Of a stretch of 64,000 bases of DNA, positions 17,285 to 31,669 are shown piece by piece (position 1 is the first letter of the stretch; the number at the start of each line of letters is the position of its first letter). A program made the position numbers and the translations under genes. Source of the stretch: an uncultured Methylomirabilota bacterium (GTDB lineage: Bacteria > Methylomirabilota > Methylomirabilia > Methylomirabilales > 2-02-FULL-66-22); NCBI GenBank assembly GCA_963705305.1, contig OY970067.1, forward strand, positions 2,112,001 to 2,176,000, read 5' to 3'. The notes under the pieces are model-generated. The model ran no database searches and was not told the DNA's origin. It was given only the letters and a program-made list of their open reading frames with translations.

Positions 17285-18871
17285 ATGCCGAAGCGAGGTA
17301 AGGAACACCGCGGGGAAGACGCCGCCGACCACCTGGTCAGGCACTCGCGCCGATCGCACCCCTGGCTCCTGCACGCCGTGATCTTCGTGTGCGGCGGCGT
17401 CCTCATGGCTCTCGAGATCGTGGGAAGCCGCGTGCTGGCTCCCTACTTCGGCAACTCGATCTTCGTCTGGGGAAGCCTCATCAGCGTCGTCCTGGCGGCC
17501 CTGTCCCTCGGCTACTGGCTGGGCGGGATGGCGGCGGATCGGTGGCCGCGCTACTCCGTCCTGGCAGGGCTGATCGGCGTCCCCGGGCTCATGATCGGGC
17601 TTCTCCCCTTTGTGTATCCCGCCCTGAACCAGGCGATCGCGACGAGCGAGCTGGGGGCGCGGCTGGGCCCGCTGCTGTCGTGCCTGGTGCTGTTCCTCCT
17701 TCCCAGTGTGTTTCTGGGGACGATCTCGCCGTTCGCCGTTCGCCTCCAGGCCAGGGCGGTGGCCTCGGTGGGGACCACGGCGGGGGGCCTGTACGCGGTC
17801 TCCACGGCCGGGAGCATCGCCGGCACGCTGCTCACGGCCTTCTACCTCATCTCGGTCCTGGGCGTCGCCAACATCGTCCACGGCCTAGGATTCGTGCTGC
17901 TGATCGTGGCCGTGGTCGTCTTCCTGGCGGAGCGACGGCGGCTGGGGGCCGGCCTGGCGATGATCACGCTCGCCATCCTCCTGGCGGCGGTCGTGTGGGC
18001 GGCCAGGACGCGCGCGGCGGAGCCGGGCCTGCTGCTGGACACGGACTCCTTCTACAACCACATCCGGGTGTCCGACGAGGGCGGGAGCCGCTACCTGGAC
18101 TTCGACAACCTCCGGCAGAGCGGCATGCTCCAGTCCAACCCCTGGGAGCTGCAGCTTCGCTACACCCGGTTCCTGGCGCTGGCGCTGACCCTGCAGCCCG
18201 ATCCCCGCCGGGTGCTGGTGATCGGCCTGGGCGGGGGATCGTTCCCCAAGCGGCTCTACCGGGATTTCCCGCAGATCACGGTGGACGTGGCGGATATCGA
18301 TCCGGCGGTCCGGCGCATCGCCACCCGGTACTTCCAGGTGCCGCAGGACGGCCGGATGCGACTCCACGTCCAGGACGGACGGCGCTTCGTCCAGGAGAGC
18401 GACGCCGCGTACGATGCGGTCTTCCTGGACGCCTACAACTCCGACACCATCCCCTTCCACCTGGTGACGCGGGAGTTCTACCAGGCCGTTCGGGCGCGGC
18501 TGGCCCCCGGCGGGGTCGTCGTCTCGAACATCATCGGCAGCCCGTACGGCCCCCGCAGCGGTTTCTTTCGGGCGATCTACCGGACGCTGGCCACGGTCTT
18601 CCCGACGGTCTACGTGGTCCCCACCTACGATACGCGAAACGGGCTGTTCCTGGGAGACATCAACATCATCCTGCTGGCCACGCAGGAGTCTGCCCGCCTG
18701 AGCCGGGGCGAGCTGATCGCGCGGGCGGGACGCGCGGAAGGCAAGCTGGTCCCGGCCTCGGATCTGGCCGAGTACGCCTCCTACCTCGTGGAAGCGCCCA
18801 TCCCGGTTGGCGACGTTCCCCTCCTTACCGACGACTTCGCCCCGGTCGAGCTCCTGCGGGAGGCGTCCTGA
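17285..18871 (+). CDS. Fused MFS-like membrane domain / spermidine-synthase-like SAM-binding domain
   Basis: N-terminal TMs (MALEIVGSRVLAPYFG); VLVIGLGGGS, DGRRFV, VFLDAY and LTDDFAPVE. Confidence 0.85.
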   Translation: MPKRGKEHRGEDAADHLVRHSRRSHPWLLHAVIFVCGGVLMALEIVGSRVLAPYFGNSIFVWGSLISVVLAALSLGYWLGGMAADRWPRYSVLAGLIGVPGLMIGLLPFVYPALNQAIATSELGARLGPLLSCLVLFLLPSVFLGTISPFAVRLQARAVASVGTTAGGLYAVSTAGSIAGTLLTAFYLISVLGVANIVHGLGFVLLIVAVVVFLAERRRLGAGLAMITLAILLAAVVWAARTRAAEPGLLLDTDSFYNHIRVSDEGGSRYLDFDNLRQSGMLQSNPWELQLRYTRFLALALTLQPDPRRVLVIGLGGGSFPKRLYRDFPQITVDVADIDPAVRRIATRYFQVPQDGRMRLHVQDGRRFVQESDAAYDAVFLDAYNSDTIPFHLVTREFYQAVRARLAPGGVVVSNIIGSPYGPRSGFFRAIYRTLATVFPTVYVVPTYDTRNGLFLGDINIILLATQESARLSRGELIARAGRAEGKLVPASDLAEYASYLVEAPIPVGDVPLLTDDFAPVELLREAS

Positions 18872-18954
18872 CCGGCGGCGCGCCTTCCACGCGGGCGGGG
18901 GCCGGCGGTTTTTTCGACTTGACGGCGGGGGATGTCTCTGCTAAAAGAGACCCA

Positions 18955-19632
<678 letters not shown>

Positions 19633-19706
19633 GATCGGGCCGGGGGCCCGGACGGTGCGGGATCCCCCTTCGAGGAAGAGGGGACGGCCCCGGGCGGAGG
19701 TGGACC

Positions 19707-20639
<933 letters not shown>

Positions 20640-20668
20640 GGCGGTTCGAGGGGCGGCGGGCGAGAAGT

Positions 20669-20696
20669 CTCGGACCTCGGACCGCGAACAGCGAGC
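20669..20696. repeat. Degenerate heptamer run between pyrB and pyrC
   Basis: CTCGGAC CTCGGAC CGCGAAC AGCGAGC. Confidence 0.55.
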
Positions 20697-20705
20697 GGAG
20701 CGAGC

Positions 20706-22007
20706 ATGCGAATCCTCATCGAAGGCGGACGGGTGGTCGATCCGGCGAACGGACGTGATGCGGCGCTAGATCTGGTGATCGAGGACGGGCGCATCGCCGA
20801 GGTGCGCGCTCCCCAGCCGGGGATCCCGGGTTGCCCGCGGCCGGAATGCGATCGGGTGCTGGACGCCCGGGGCAAGGTGGTCTGTCCGGGCTTCGTGGAC
20901 GTGCACGTTCACCTGCGCGAGCCGGGTCGCGAGGATATGGAGACCATCGCCAGCGGGACGCGCGCGGCGGCGCGCGGCGGCTTCACCTCGGTCTGCTGCA
21001 TGCCCAACACCAGCCCGGTCAACGACAACCAGTCGGTGACCGAGTTCATCCTGGACCGGGCACGCAAGGAGGCGGCGGTCAACGTCTTCCCCATCGGAGC
21101 CATTAGCAAAGGACAGCAGGGGGAGGAGCTGGCGGAGATCGCGGAGGTGGTCGGCGCCGGCTGCGTGGCCATCTCCGACGACGGCAAGCCGGTCATGAAC
21201 GCCGAGCTCATGCGTCGCGCCCTGGAATATGCCAGCATGTTCGACATCCCGGTGATCCAGCACGCCGAGGACGCGCACCTCACCGGGAAAGGGGTGATGC
21301 ACGAGGGCCGGGTGAGCACGCAGCTGGGGCTGAAAGGCATCCCGGCCGCCTCGGAGGCGGTCATCGTGGCGCGGGACATCCTGCTGGCAGAGCTCACCGG
21401 GGGCCACTACCACGTGGCCCATGTCAGCACCGCCGAGGCCATCCAGCTGATCCGGGACGCCAAGGCCAGGGGCCTCCACGTGACCTGTGAGGTCGCCCCC
21501 CACCACTTCGCCCTGACCGACGAGGCCATCTGCAGCTTCGACACCAATGCCAAGATGAGTCCCCCGCTGCGGTCGGCCCGCCACGTGGCGGCGCTCAAGG
21601 CGGCCCTGGCCGACGGGACGATCGACGCGATCGCCACGGATCATGCCCCGCACGTGATTCAGGACAAGGAGGTGGAGTTCGACTACGCGGCCAACGGGGT
21701 GGTGGGGCTGGAGACGGCCTTCGGCCTCGTCATGACGGTTCTGGTGGAGGGCGCGGTGCTGAGCCTGCCGCAGGCTGTCGCGCGGATGACCTGCGAGCCG
21801 GCCCGCGTCTTCCGTCTGGCCAAGGGGACGCTGAGCGTGGGGGCGGACGCGGACGTGACCATCGTGGATCCGGCCCGGGAGTGGACGGTGGACGTCAAGC
21901 AGTTTGCCTCCAAGGCGAGGAATTCCCCCTTCCACGGCTGGAAGCTGCGGGGGCAGGTGCTGTGCACCATCGTGGGAGGCAAGGTCGTGTGGGAGCTGCA
22001 GGGATGA
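20706..22007 (+). CDS. pyrC: Dihydroorotase (type I)
   Basis: Motifs [21 protein letters not shown] and IATDHAPH. Confidence 0.95.
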   Translation: MRILIEGGRVVDPANGRDAALDLVIEDGRIAEVRAPQPGIPGCPRPECDRVLDARGKVVCPGFVDVHVHLREPGREDMETIASGTRAAARGGFTSVCCMPNTSPVNDNQSVTEFILDRARKEAAVNVFPIGAISKGQQGEELAEIAEVVGAGCVAISDDGKPVMNAELMRRALEYASMFDIPVIQHAEDAHLTGKGVMHEGRVSTQLGLKGIPAASEAVIVARDILLAELTGGHYHVAHVSTAEAIQLIRDAKARGLHVTCEVAPHHFALTDEAICSFDTNAKMSPPLRSARHVAALKAALADGTIDAIATDHAPHVIQDKEVEFDYAANGVVGLETAFGLVMTVLVEGAVLSLPQAVARMTCEPARVFRLAKGTLSVGADADVTIVDPAREWTVDVKQFASKARNSPFHGWKLRGQVLCTIVGGKVVWELQG

Positions 22008-22035
22008 GGCGGCGCCGCGGGGAGCGGGCATGGGG

Positions 22036-23301
22036 ATGAAGCCGGCACTGCTGGCCCTGGCCGACGGGACCATCTTCGAGGGACGATCCTACGGGGCCGA
22101 AGGGGAGGCCGTCGGCGAGGTGGTCTTCAACACCTGCATGAGCGGGTACCAGGAGATCCTCACCGACCCGTCCTACAAGGGGCAGATCGTCACGATGACG
22201 TATCCCCTCATCGGCAACTACGGCGTCAATCCGGAAGACGTCGAGTCCCGGCGGCCGTTCGTGGAGGGCTTCGTTATCAAGGAGGGAAGCCCCCTGGCCA
22301 GCAACTGGCGGGGACGCCAGCCCCTGGAGGCCTTTCTCCGCGACCACGGGATCGTGGCCATCCAGGGGATCGATACGCGGGCCCTGACCCGTCACATCCG
22401 GGATCACGGCGCGCAGGAAGGGGTCGTCTCCACCGCCGACCCGGATCCCGGCAGCCTGGTTGCCAAGGCCAAAGGGTCGCCCGGGCTGATCGGCCGGGAT
22501 CTGGTCAAGGAAGTCTCCTGCCAGCAGCCGTTCGGCTGGAGGCAGGGGGTCTGGGAATGGCCGCGCGGCTACGCGGACGGGAGCGTCGCGCACCCCGAGC
22601 CGCGGAGCGACGCGGCGCAGCTCGGCCTGTTCGCCGCTCGCGGGGCGCAGCGCGGGACTCGCTATAAGGTGGTGGCCTACGATTGCGGCATCAAGTGGAA
22701 TATCCTGCGGCAGCTGGTCAGTGCCGGATGCGACGTGACGGTAGTGCCGGCCGGGACGACCGCGGACGAGGCCCTGGCCCTCCAGCCGGACGGCGTCTTC
22801 CTGTCCAACGGACCGGGCGATCCGGAAGGGGTCCCGTACCTCATCGAGGCGGTGCGCGGCCTCCTCGGCAGGCGGCCCATCTTCGGCATCTGCCTGGGGC
22901 ACCAGATCCTCGGGCTGGCCCTGGGGGGCCGCACCTACAAGCTGAAGTTCGGGCATCACGGCGGGAATCAGCCGGTGAAGGACCTGACCACCGGCAAGGT
23001 GGAGATCACCTCGCAGAACCACGGGTTCGCCGTGGACATGGCGTCGTTCCGGGAGGCGCCGCGCGACCTCCTGCTCGGCGGCCCGGAGGACGTCGTCCTC
23101 ACCCATGTGAATCTCAACGACCGGACCTGCGAGGGCCTCATGCACCGGCGGCTGCCCGTGTTCTCGGTGCAGTACCACCCCGAGGCCTCGCCCGGTCCCC
23201 ACGACGCCAGCTACCTCTTCCGGCGGTTCGTCGGGATGATGGAGCGGGAGCGGGGAGGAGACGTATCCTCGCCGTCGGCGGGACTCCAGAAGGGGGGATA
23301 G
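22036..23301 (+). CDS. carA: Carbamoyl-phosphate synthase small subunit
   Basis: Motifs [23 protein letters not shown] and [12 protein letters not shown]. Alternative start at 22030. Confidence 0.96.
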   Translation: MKPALLALADGTIFEGRSYGAEGEAVGEVVFNTCMSGYQEILTDPSYKGQIVTMTYPLIGNYGVNPEDVESRRPFVEGFVIKEGSPLASNWRGRQPLEAFLRDHGIVAIQGIDTRALTRHIRDHGAQEGVVSTADPDPGSLVAKAKGSPGLIGRDLVKEVSCQQPFGWRQGVWEWPRGYADGSVAHPEPRSDAAQLGLFAARGAQRGTRYKVVAYDCGIKWNILRQLVSAGCDVTVVPAGTTADEALALQPDGVFLSNGPGDPEGVPYLIEAVRGLLGRRPIFGICLGHQILGLALGGRTYKLKFGHHGGNQPVKDLTTGKVEITSQNHGFAVDMASFREAPRDLLLGGPEDVVLTHVNLNDRTCEGLMHRRLPVFSVQYHPEASPGPHDASYLFRRFVGMMERERGGDVSSPSAGLQKGG

Positions 23302-23421
23302 GATGTCGGACCGCCCCACGGAAAACAGCAGCGGATGGAGGAATTGGTCCACAAGCGGCGGGGCTGACCGCCGGACGCACCAACTGAATGTGAATTTTGC
23401 ATATTGGGGTCAGGAGAAGGT

Positions 23422-23625
23422 ATGAAGACGAAACGGAAGGAGCCAGAGATTGTTCTGCGGAATGGAAAGCCTGCAGCGGTGATCCTCGATATCGAGAAAT
23501 ACCGAGAAATGCTGGAGAGACTTGAGGACGTGGAGGACCTGAAAGCTCTGGCCGCAATGCGCAAGGGGCAGCTTCACTTCGTGCGGCTTGAAGATTTCTT
23601 GAAGGAGTATTCGCCGCGTGCATGA
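23422..23625 (+). CDS. Type II antitoxin, Phd/YefM-like
   Basis: IVLRNGKPAAVILDIEKY pattern; overlaps the start of the toxin gene. Confidence 0.8.
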   Translation: MKTKRKEPEIVLRNGKPAAVILDIEKYREMLERLEDVEDLKALAAMRKGQLHFVRLEDFLKEYSPRA

Positions 23626-23872
23626 TGTCCTGCTCGAACGGGCGGCCCAGCGAGATCTGAAAGGCCTCCCCGCGGCAGAATTCGCGCGGGTGGTAGCCAG
23701 AATCCGGGGACTGGTGGGTAACCCGCGGCCGCCAGGCTCGCGCAAGCTCAGGGGCTCGCAAAGCGATTGGCGTCTCAGGATTGGCGACTATCGAGTCATT
23801 TATGAGATCGACGATGGGGCTAAAGTTGTTCGCGTGATGCGAGTGAGGCATCGATCAGAAGCGTACCGCTAG
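23618..23872 (+). CDS. Type II toxin, RelE/ParE family
   Basis: NPRPPGSRKLRG...WRLRIGDYRVIYEID...VRHRSEAY. Confidence 0.9.
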   Translation: MHDVLLERAAQRDLKGLPAAEFARVVARIRGLVGNPRPPGSRKLRGSQSDWRLRIGDYRVIYEIDDGAKVVRVMRVRHRSEAYR

Positions 23873-24281
23873 GCCAGTTCGGTAAATTGACGTCGCGCGT
23901 GCGATTTTAGGTCTTCACGAAGCCGAATCTCTGGTTGTTCTAGGTTAAGCATTGGCATGAGCCAGGCGGTGAGTGTGCGTAGGTCGTTCGTTGGTCGGAT
24001 GAATGTCGAACCCATTCCGTCGCCCTCCCGGTCTGCCTTAGGCAACTTGTTCGCGAACGTGAGGAGTGAGTTGCGCGGGGGAACCCCGATGCCGCTGGAA
24101 GTCTTGGCCTCCAACTGTATGCAGAGCATTTTCGTGGCGCGGCACCATAGAATCGAGGGTGAACACTGGATTATCCTGAGATACAGAAGGGTGCTGGCTT
24201 GCCGAGTCGCCCGAGTCCTTGCGATTCCGGTGTATTATCCCATCGATCTATTCAGCCTTGCCGATGGCAGCGGAGCCCGCA

Positions 24282-27533
<3,252 letters not shown>

Positions 27534-27542
27534 GGATCGTGC

Positions 27543-28439
27543 GTGCGCGCAACCATCGCGTTCAACCGGCGGCTGTCGGCCGCCTACCTGCACCTGGGGG
27601 TCAGCGCGCCGGGATTCCCGAAGGAATTCCGGGCGGGGCAGTTCGTCATGGTGCGTCCCCCGTGGGTCGGCGATCCTTTCCTGCCCCGGCCATTCTCCAT
27701 CTATCGCCTCTCGGCGGGGCGGGCCGCCGAAACCCATCTCGGGGAGGCGATTCCCATCGTCGAGGTTCTGTACAAGGTGGTGGGGAAGGGGACGCAGTAT
27801 CTGGCCCGGCTGGAGCCGGGACAGGCGGTGGAGCTTCTGGGCCCGCTGGGCAACGGCTTTGCGCCGCCGGCTCGCGGGGAGTCGGCCGTCCTGGTGGCGG
27901 GGGGCATCGGGGTGCCGCCCATCGCCGCGGTGGCGAGGGAAATTCGAAATTCGAAATTCGAAATTCGAAGTGTCCATGTGTTTCTGGGTGGGAAGACGGC
28001 CGAGGACATTCTCTGCCTCAAAGACTTTGAGGAGGCGGGCACATCCGGCGTGCACGTTACCACCGAGGACGGCAGTCTGGGGACCCGCGGCCTCATCACC
28101 GACCTCCTGGCTCCATTCCTGGCGTCCTGGTTGGGGACCGGCGCGGCGGCGCTCGGGCCGCCCGGCAGCCGGGAAGGGGCGGACCGGCGGAATACCGGGT
28201 CGCCGGATTCTCCTCCGGCGATCCGGCTGTACACCTGCGGCCCCCCCGGGATGCTGGCGGCCGTGGCCTGCCTGGCGGAGGCTTGCCGGGTGCCCTGCCA
28301 GGTCTCCGTCGAGGCGAACATGGCCTGCGGCTTCGGGGCATGCATGGGCTGCGCCGTCGAGCGCCGGGGCGAAGAGCGAAGTTACCGGCTGGTCTGCAAG
28401 GACGGCCCGGTGTTCGATTCGCGGGAGCTGGTATGGTGA
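27543..28439 (+). CDS. pyrK: Dihydroorotate dehydrogenase electron-transfer subunit
   Basis: Motifs GQFVMV, RPFSI, GPLGNGF, GGIGVPP, MACGFGACMGC and VCKDGPVF. Confidence 0.92.
   Translation: MRATIAFNRRLSAAYLHLGVSAPGFPKEFRAGQFVMVRPPWVGDPFLPRPFSIYRLSAGRAAETHLGEAIPIVEVLYKVVGKGTQYLARLEPGQAVELLGPLGNGFAPPARGESAVLVAGGIGVPPIAAVAREIRNSKFEIRSVHVFLGGKTAEDILCLKDFEEAGTSGVHVTTEDGSLGTRGLITDLLAPFLASWLGTGAAALGPPGSREGADRRNTGSPDSPPAIRLYTCGPPGMLAAVACLAEACRVPCQVSVEANMACGFGACMGCAVERRGEERSYRLVCKDGPVFDSRELVW
27943..27970. repeat. Heptamer tandem repeat (TTCGAAR)x4 inside pyrK
   Basis: TTCGAAA x3 plus TTCGAAG, translated as EIRNSKFEIRS. Confidence 0.9.
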
Positions 28440-28476
28440 ACCGATGTTCCGCCGCATCGCTTCTCCCGGAGTTGCC

Positions 28477-29460
28477 ATGAGCGGCGTCCCGTCCGGCGCG
28501 GGCCAGTCCTCGCCCGCCGTGGATCTGTCCGTGGATCTGGCCGGGATTCGGATGCAGAATCCCGTCATGAGCGCCTCCGGGACCTTCGGGTACGCCCAGG
28601 AGTTCGAAGCCTACCTGGACCTCAATCGCCTCGGCGCCATCGTGGTGAAGACGATCACGCGGCTGCCGCGGGCCGGCAATGCTGCCCCGCGGATCGTGGA
28701 GACGCCGGCGGGCATGCTGAACGCCATCGGCCTGCAGAACGTCGGCATCGATGCGTTCCTGCGGGAGAAGCTGCCGTACCTGCGGCGGCTCCGGCCTCCC
28801 CTCATCGTCAACGTGGCCGGGGAGTCGATCGAGGATTTCCGGGAGCTGGCCAAGCGGATCGGCGATCACGAGGGGGTGGCGGGCATCGAGCTGAACGTGT
28901 CCTGCCCGAACGTGGCGGGGGGACTGGACTTCTCCACGGATCCCCGGCTGACCCATCAGGTGGTCTCGGCCGCACGGGAGGCCACCCGCCTCCCCATCAT
29001 TCCCAAGCTTTCGCCGAACGTCACGGATATCGCCGCCATCGCCCGAGCGGCGGCGGAAGCGGGCGCCGACGGCCTGTCCCTGATCAATACGTTGGTGGGC
29101 ATGGCCATCGACGTGCGGACCCGGCGGCCCAAGATCGCCAACGTGACGGGGGGGCTCTCGGGACCGGCCATTCGCCCGGTGGCGGTCCGCATGGTCTGGC
29201 AGGTGGCCCGGGCGGTCCGCCTGCCCATCATCGGAATCGGGGGAATCGCGACGGCGGAAGACGCCTTGGAATTCCTCCTGGCTGGGGCGACGGCCGTGGC
29301 CGTGGGCACCGCCAGCTTCATCGATCCGGCGGCGAGCGTGAAGATTATCGAGGGGCTGGAGCAGTACTGTGCGGCGAACGGCATCGCGGCCATTCGGCAG
29401 CTCGTTGGCGGCCTCCAGGTTCCTCCGCGGAGCGACGGATGCGTAAACAGAAGACAATAG
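28477..29460 (+). CDS. pyrD: Dihydroorotate dehydrogenase, class 1B catalytic subunit
   Basis: Motifs NPVMSASGT, NAIGLQN, ELNVSCPN, KLSPNV and GGLSGPAIRP. Confidence 0.95.
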   Translation: MSGVPSGAGQSSPAVDLSVDLAGIRMQNPVMSASGTFGYAQEFEAYLDLNRLGAIVVKTITRLPRAGNAAPRIVETPAGMLNAIGLQNVGIDAFLREKLPYLRRLRPPLIVNVAGESIEDFRELAKRIGDHEGVAGIELNVSCPNVAGGLDFSTDPRLTHQVVSAAREATRLPIIPKLSPNVTDIAAIARAAAEAGADGLSLINTLVGMAIDVRTRRPKIANVTGGLSGPAIRPVAVRMVWQVARAVRLPIIGIGGIATAEDALEFLLAGATAVAVGTASFIDPAASVKIIEGLEQYCAANGIAAIRQLVGGLQVPPRSDGCVNRRQ

Positions 29461-29954
29461 CCCAAGAGAGGAGAGCCGCGCGATCGCTCCAGGGCTGGCT
29501 GTGGGGGTGGATGGCGCTCTCGGCGGCCGGCCTGCTCGTCGCCGGCTACCTGAGCTTCGAGCGGCTGACCGGGGGCAACCTGGTGTGCAGCCGCTGGGCG
29601 CAGTGCGATACGGTGAACAGCAGTCCCTACGCGCGATTTTTTGGCGTTCCGGTTGCTTTCATCGGCTTTGCCGGATACCTCTTGTTATTGGGGCTGGCCC
29701 TGGCGGCCCTGGCGGCGGACGGCGGGAGGCCGCGCCGGCTGCTCCTCCTCGGCTTTCTCCTCTCATTGGGCGGAGTCGGGTTCTCCGCCTACCTCACGTA
29801 CCTCGAAATATACGTCATCAAGGCCGTCTGCTCGTGGTGCGTGGCCTCGGCAACTATCATCACCCTGCTGGCTGTCTTGGGGGCTTTGGCCCTCTGGCGA
29901 ACAGCCACGCCCTCTCCGCGAGCCTCAGCGAATTCCAGGCCACATCGGCGGTAG
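29439..29954 (+). CDS. Vitamin K epoxide reductase (VKOR) family protein
   Basis: Loop cysteines CSRWAQC, SPYA motif, CSWC redox motif and several TM segments. Confidence 0.88.
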   Translation: MRKQKTIAQERRAARSLQGWLWGWMALSAAGLLVAGYLSFERLTGGNLVCSRWAQCDTVNSSPYARFFGVPVAFIGFAGYLLLLGLALAALAADGGRPRRLLLLGFLLSLGGVGFSAYLTYLEIYVIKAVCSWCVASATIITLLAVLGALALWRTATPSPRASANSRPHRR

Positions 29955-30742
29955 TCTCACCCTCCCAGCAAGCGTATCCGAGCTCGTACGGCGGGAACCC
30001 GGCCGGCAAGGTCTGCGGCTTACATCCGCATTAGCGAAGCCGTATGACTATAATGCAAGGAGTTGAGTCAACAGGGGTGGGGGGATGGAAGAAAGCGAAA
30101 GCAAGGCAGCATTCGAGTGCTTCCCGGCTCTCCGTGCAGGAGTCGAATTCGTCGCAGAGTGAAACAATGCCTGATCTGCACCAGCTAAGGCGAGGTTCGG
30201 ATCCCCAGCCGGACTCGATAGCCTCTGGAAGGTTGAGATTCAGGGGGGTGTGTGGCCTGAAGAATGATTCTGACCTGTTTTGATGCCCCTCGGTAAGTCG
30301 ATGAATTACCAGGGGCTTTGTCTCTTGTCTCGGCTGGCATGGGTTGGTCTTGGGTGGGCTGCTGGCCTTCGCGGGCAGACCCTTCGCCTGCCTCTAACGG
30401 CGTGTGGGACCCCCGCTGGCGGCAGGAGCCGATTTGGACTACCATTCGGGCGGACCAATCGGTGGGGGCAAGCTGGTGACGCAGCTAACTCGGGCATGGG
30501 GTGGTGGGCTTTGGTTCCGCGGTCAGAGAAAAGCAGGGGACACGGGGGGCAGGCGGGGTGCTTCGCAGCGGATTTCCGGCTTGGGACGGGGAGGGCTGCA
30601 AGGGAGAGCAGCGGGTGAACGTGGCGTTGGGAAGACGGTAGACAAGCCTGCCCGCGTCGTTGATTGCGACAACCTTACGGCTGCACTTGACAGGATGAGG
30701 CTGTTGCTTCAATAAATGACAGTCCATTTGAGGGAGGGGACC

Positions 30743-31669
30743 GTGACAGACGATCCGCACAGCCTGACACGACGGGAGCTTCTGCTAGGGGCGGCCGCCG
30801 GCCTAGCTCTCAGCCTGCCCGGCGTTCCACGATCCGCCGGAGCGGCAGCGGGGCCCGACCTGGCCGTAATCACCGGCGAGCCGGGGGCGGCTGCCCGCAA
30901 GGCCGTCGAGGCCCTGGGGGGGATGTCGCGCTTTGTTCAAAAGGGCAATCGCGTCGTTCTCAAGCCCAACATGTCCTTCGCCAGCGGGCCGGATCGCGCC
31001 TCGAACACGCATCCCGCCCTCGTCCAAGCCGTTGCCCAGATGTGCCTGGAAGCGGGGGCCGAGCAGGTCATGGTGGTGGACAACCCGCTCCAATCCCCCG
31101 AGCTCTGCCTGCGGCGCGCGGGCGTGGCGGACGCCTGCAGGAGCCTGAAGAACGTCTACGTCCAGATGTTCACCGACCACAAGTTCTACCGGGAAGTGAA
31201 GGTCCCGCAGGGCAAGGTCCTCGACCGGGTGGAAGTTCTCAAGGAGGTGCTCGACAGCCAGGTGCTGATCTGTCTCCCGCAGGCCAAATCCCACTCCGAT
31301 ACCGGGGTCAGCATGGGTGTGAAGGGCCTGATGGGACTGATCTGGGACCGCCGGAGCTTCCACAGCAAATACGACATCAACCAGGCCCTGGCCGATCTGA
31401 CCACGGCGATTCGCCCCAGGCTCACCGTGCTGGACGCCACGCGTGCCCTGACCACTGGTGGTCCGGGCGGGCCCGGCGAGGTCGTGAAACCGAACCTCGT
31501 CATCGCCGGCACCGACCCGATCGCGGTGGACTCCTTCGGCGTGTCCGTAGCCCCCTGGTACGGCCAGCACTTCAAGGGCCGCCAGGTGGAGCACCTGCTG
31601 GCGGCCAGCCAGCGGGGAGCCGGAAAGATCGACGTGGAGCAGCTCAACATCTTGAAAGGCGCTGCATGA
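30743..31669 (+). CDS. DUF362 domain protein with a Tat signal
   Basis: TRRELL signal; ALGGMSRFV.KG..VVLKPN, THP, PQAKSH, KGLMG and DPIAVD. Confidence 0.85.
   Translation: MTDDPHSLTRRELLLGAAAGLALSLPGVPRSAGAAAGPDLAVITGEPGAAARKAVEALGGMSRFVQKGNRVVLKPNMSFASGPDRASNTHPALVQAVAQMCLEAGAEQVMVVDNPLQSPELCLRRAGVADACRSLKNVYVQMFTDHKFYREVKVPQGKVLDRVEVLKEVLDSQVLICLPQAKSHSDTGVSMGVKGLMGLIWDRRSFHSKYDINQALADLTTAIRPRLTVLDATRALTTGGPGGPGEVVKPNLVIAGTDPIAVDSFGVSVAPWYGQHFKGRQVEHLLAASQRGAGKIDVEQLNILKGAA

Noticed and set aside
23869..24129. 86-aa minus-strand ORF after the RelE gene
   Set aside because: No recognisable domain; it may be a gene remnant but cannot be supported.
30400..30500. c-di-AMP (ydaO) riboswitch suggested by CAGCTAACTCGG
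   Set aside because: The 5' GCTGAATCC and central GGGGTGAAT elements are absent.
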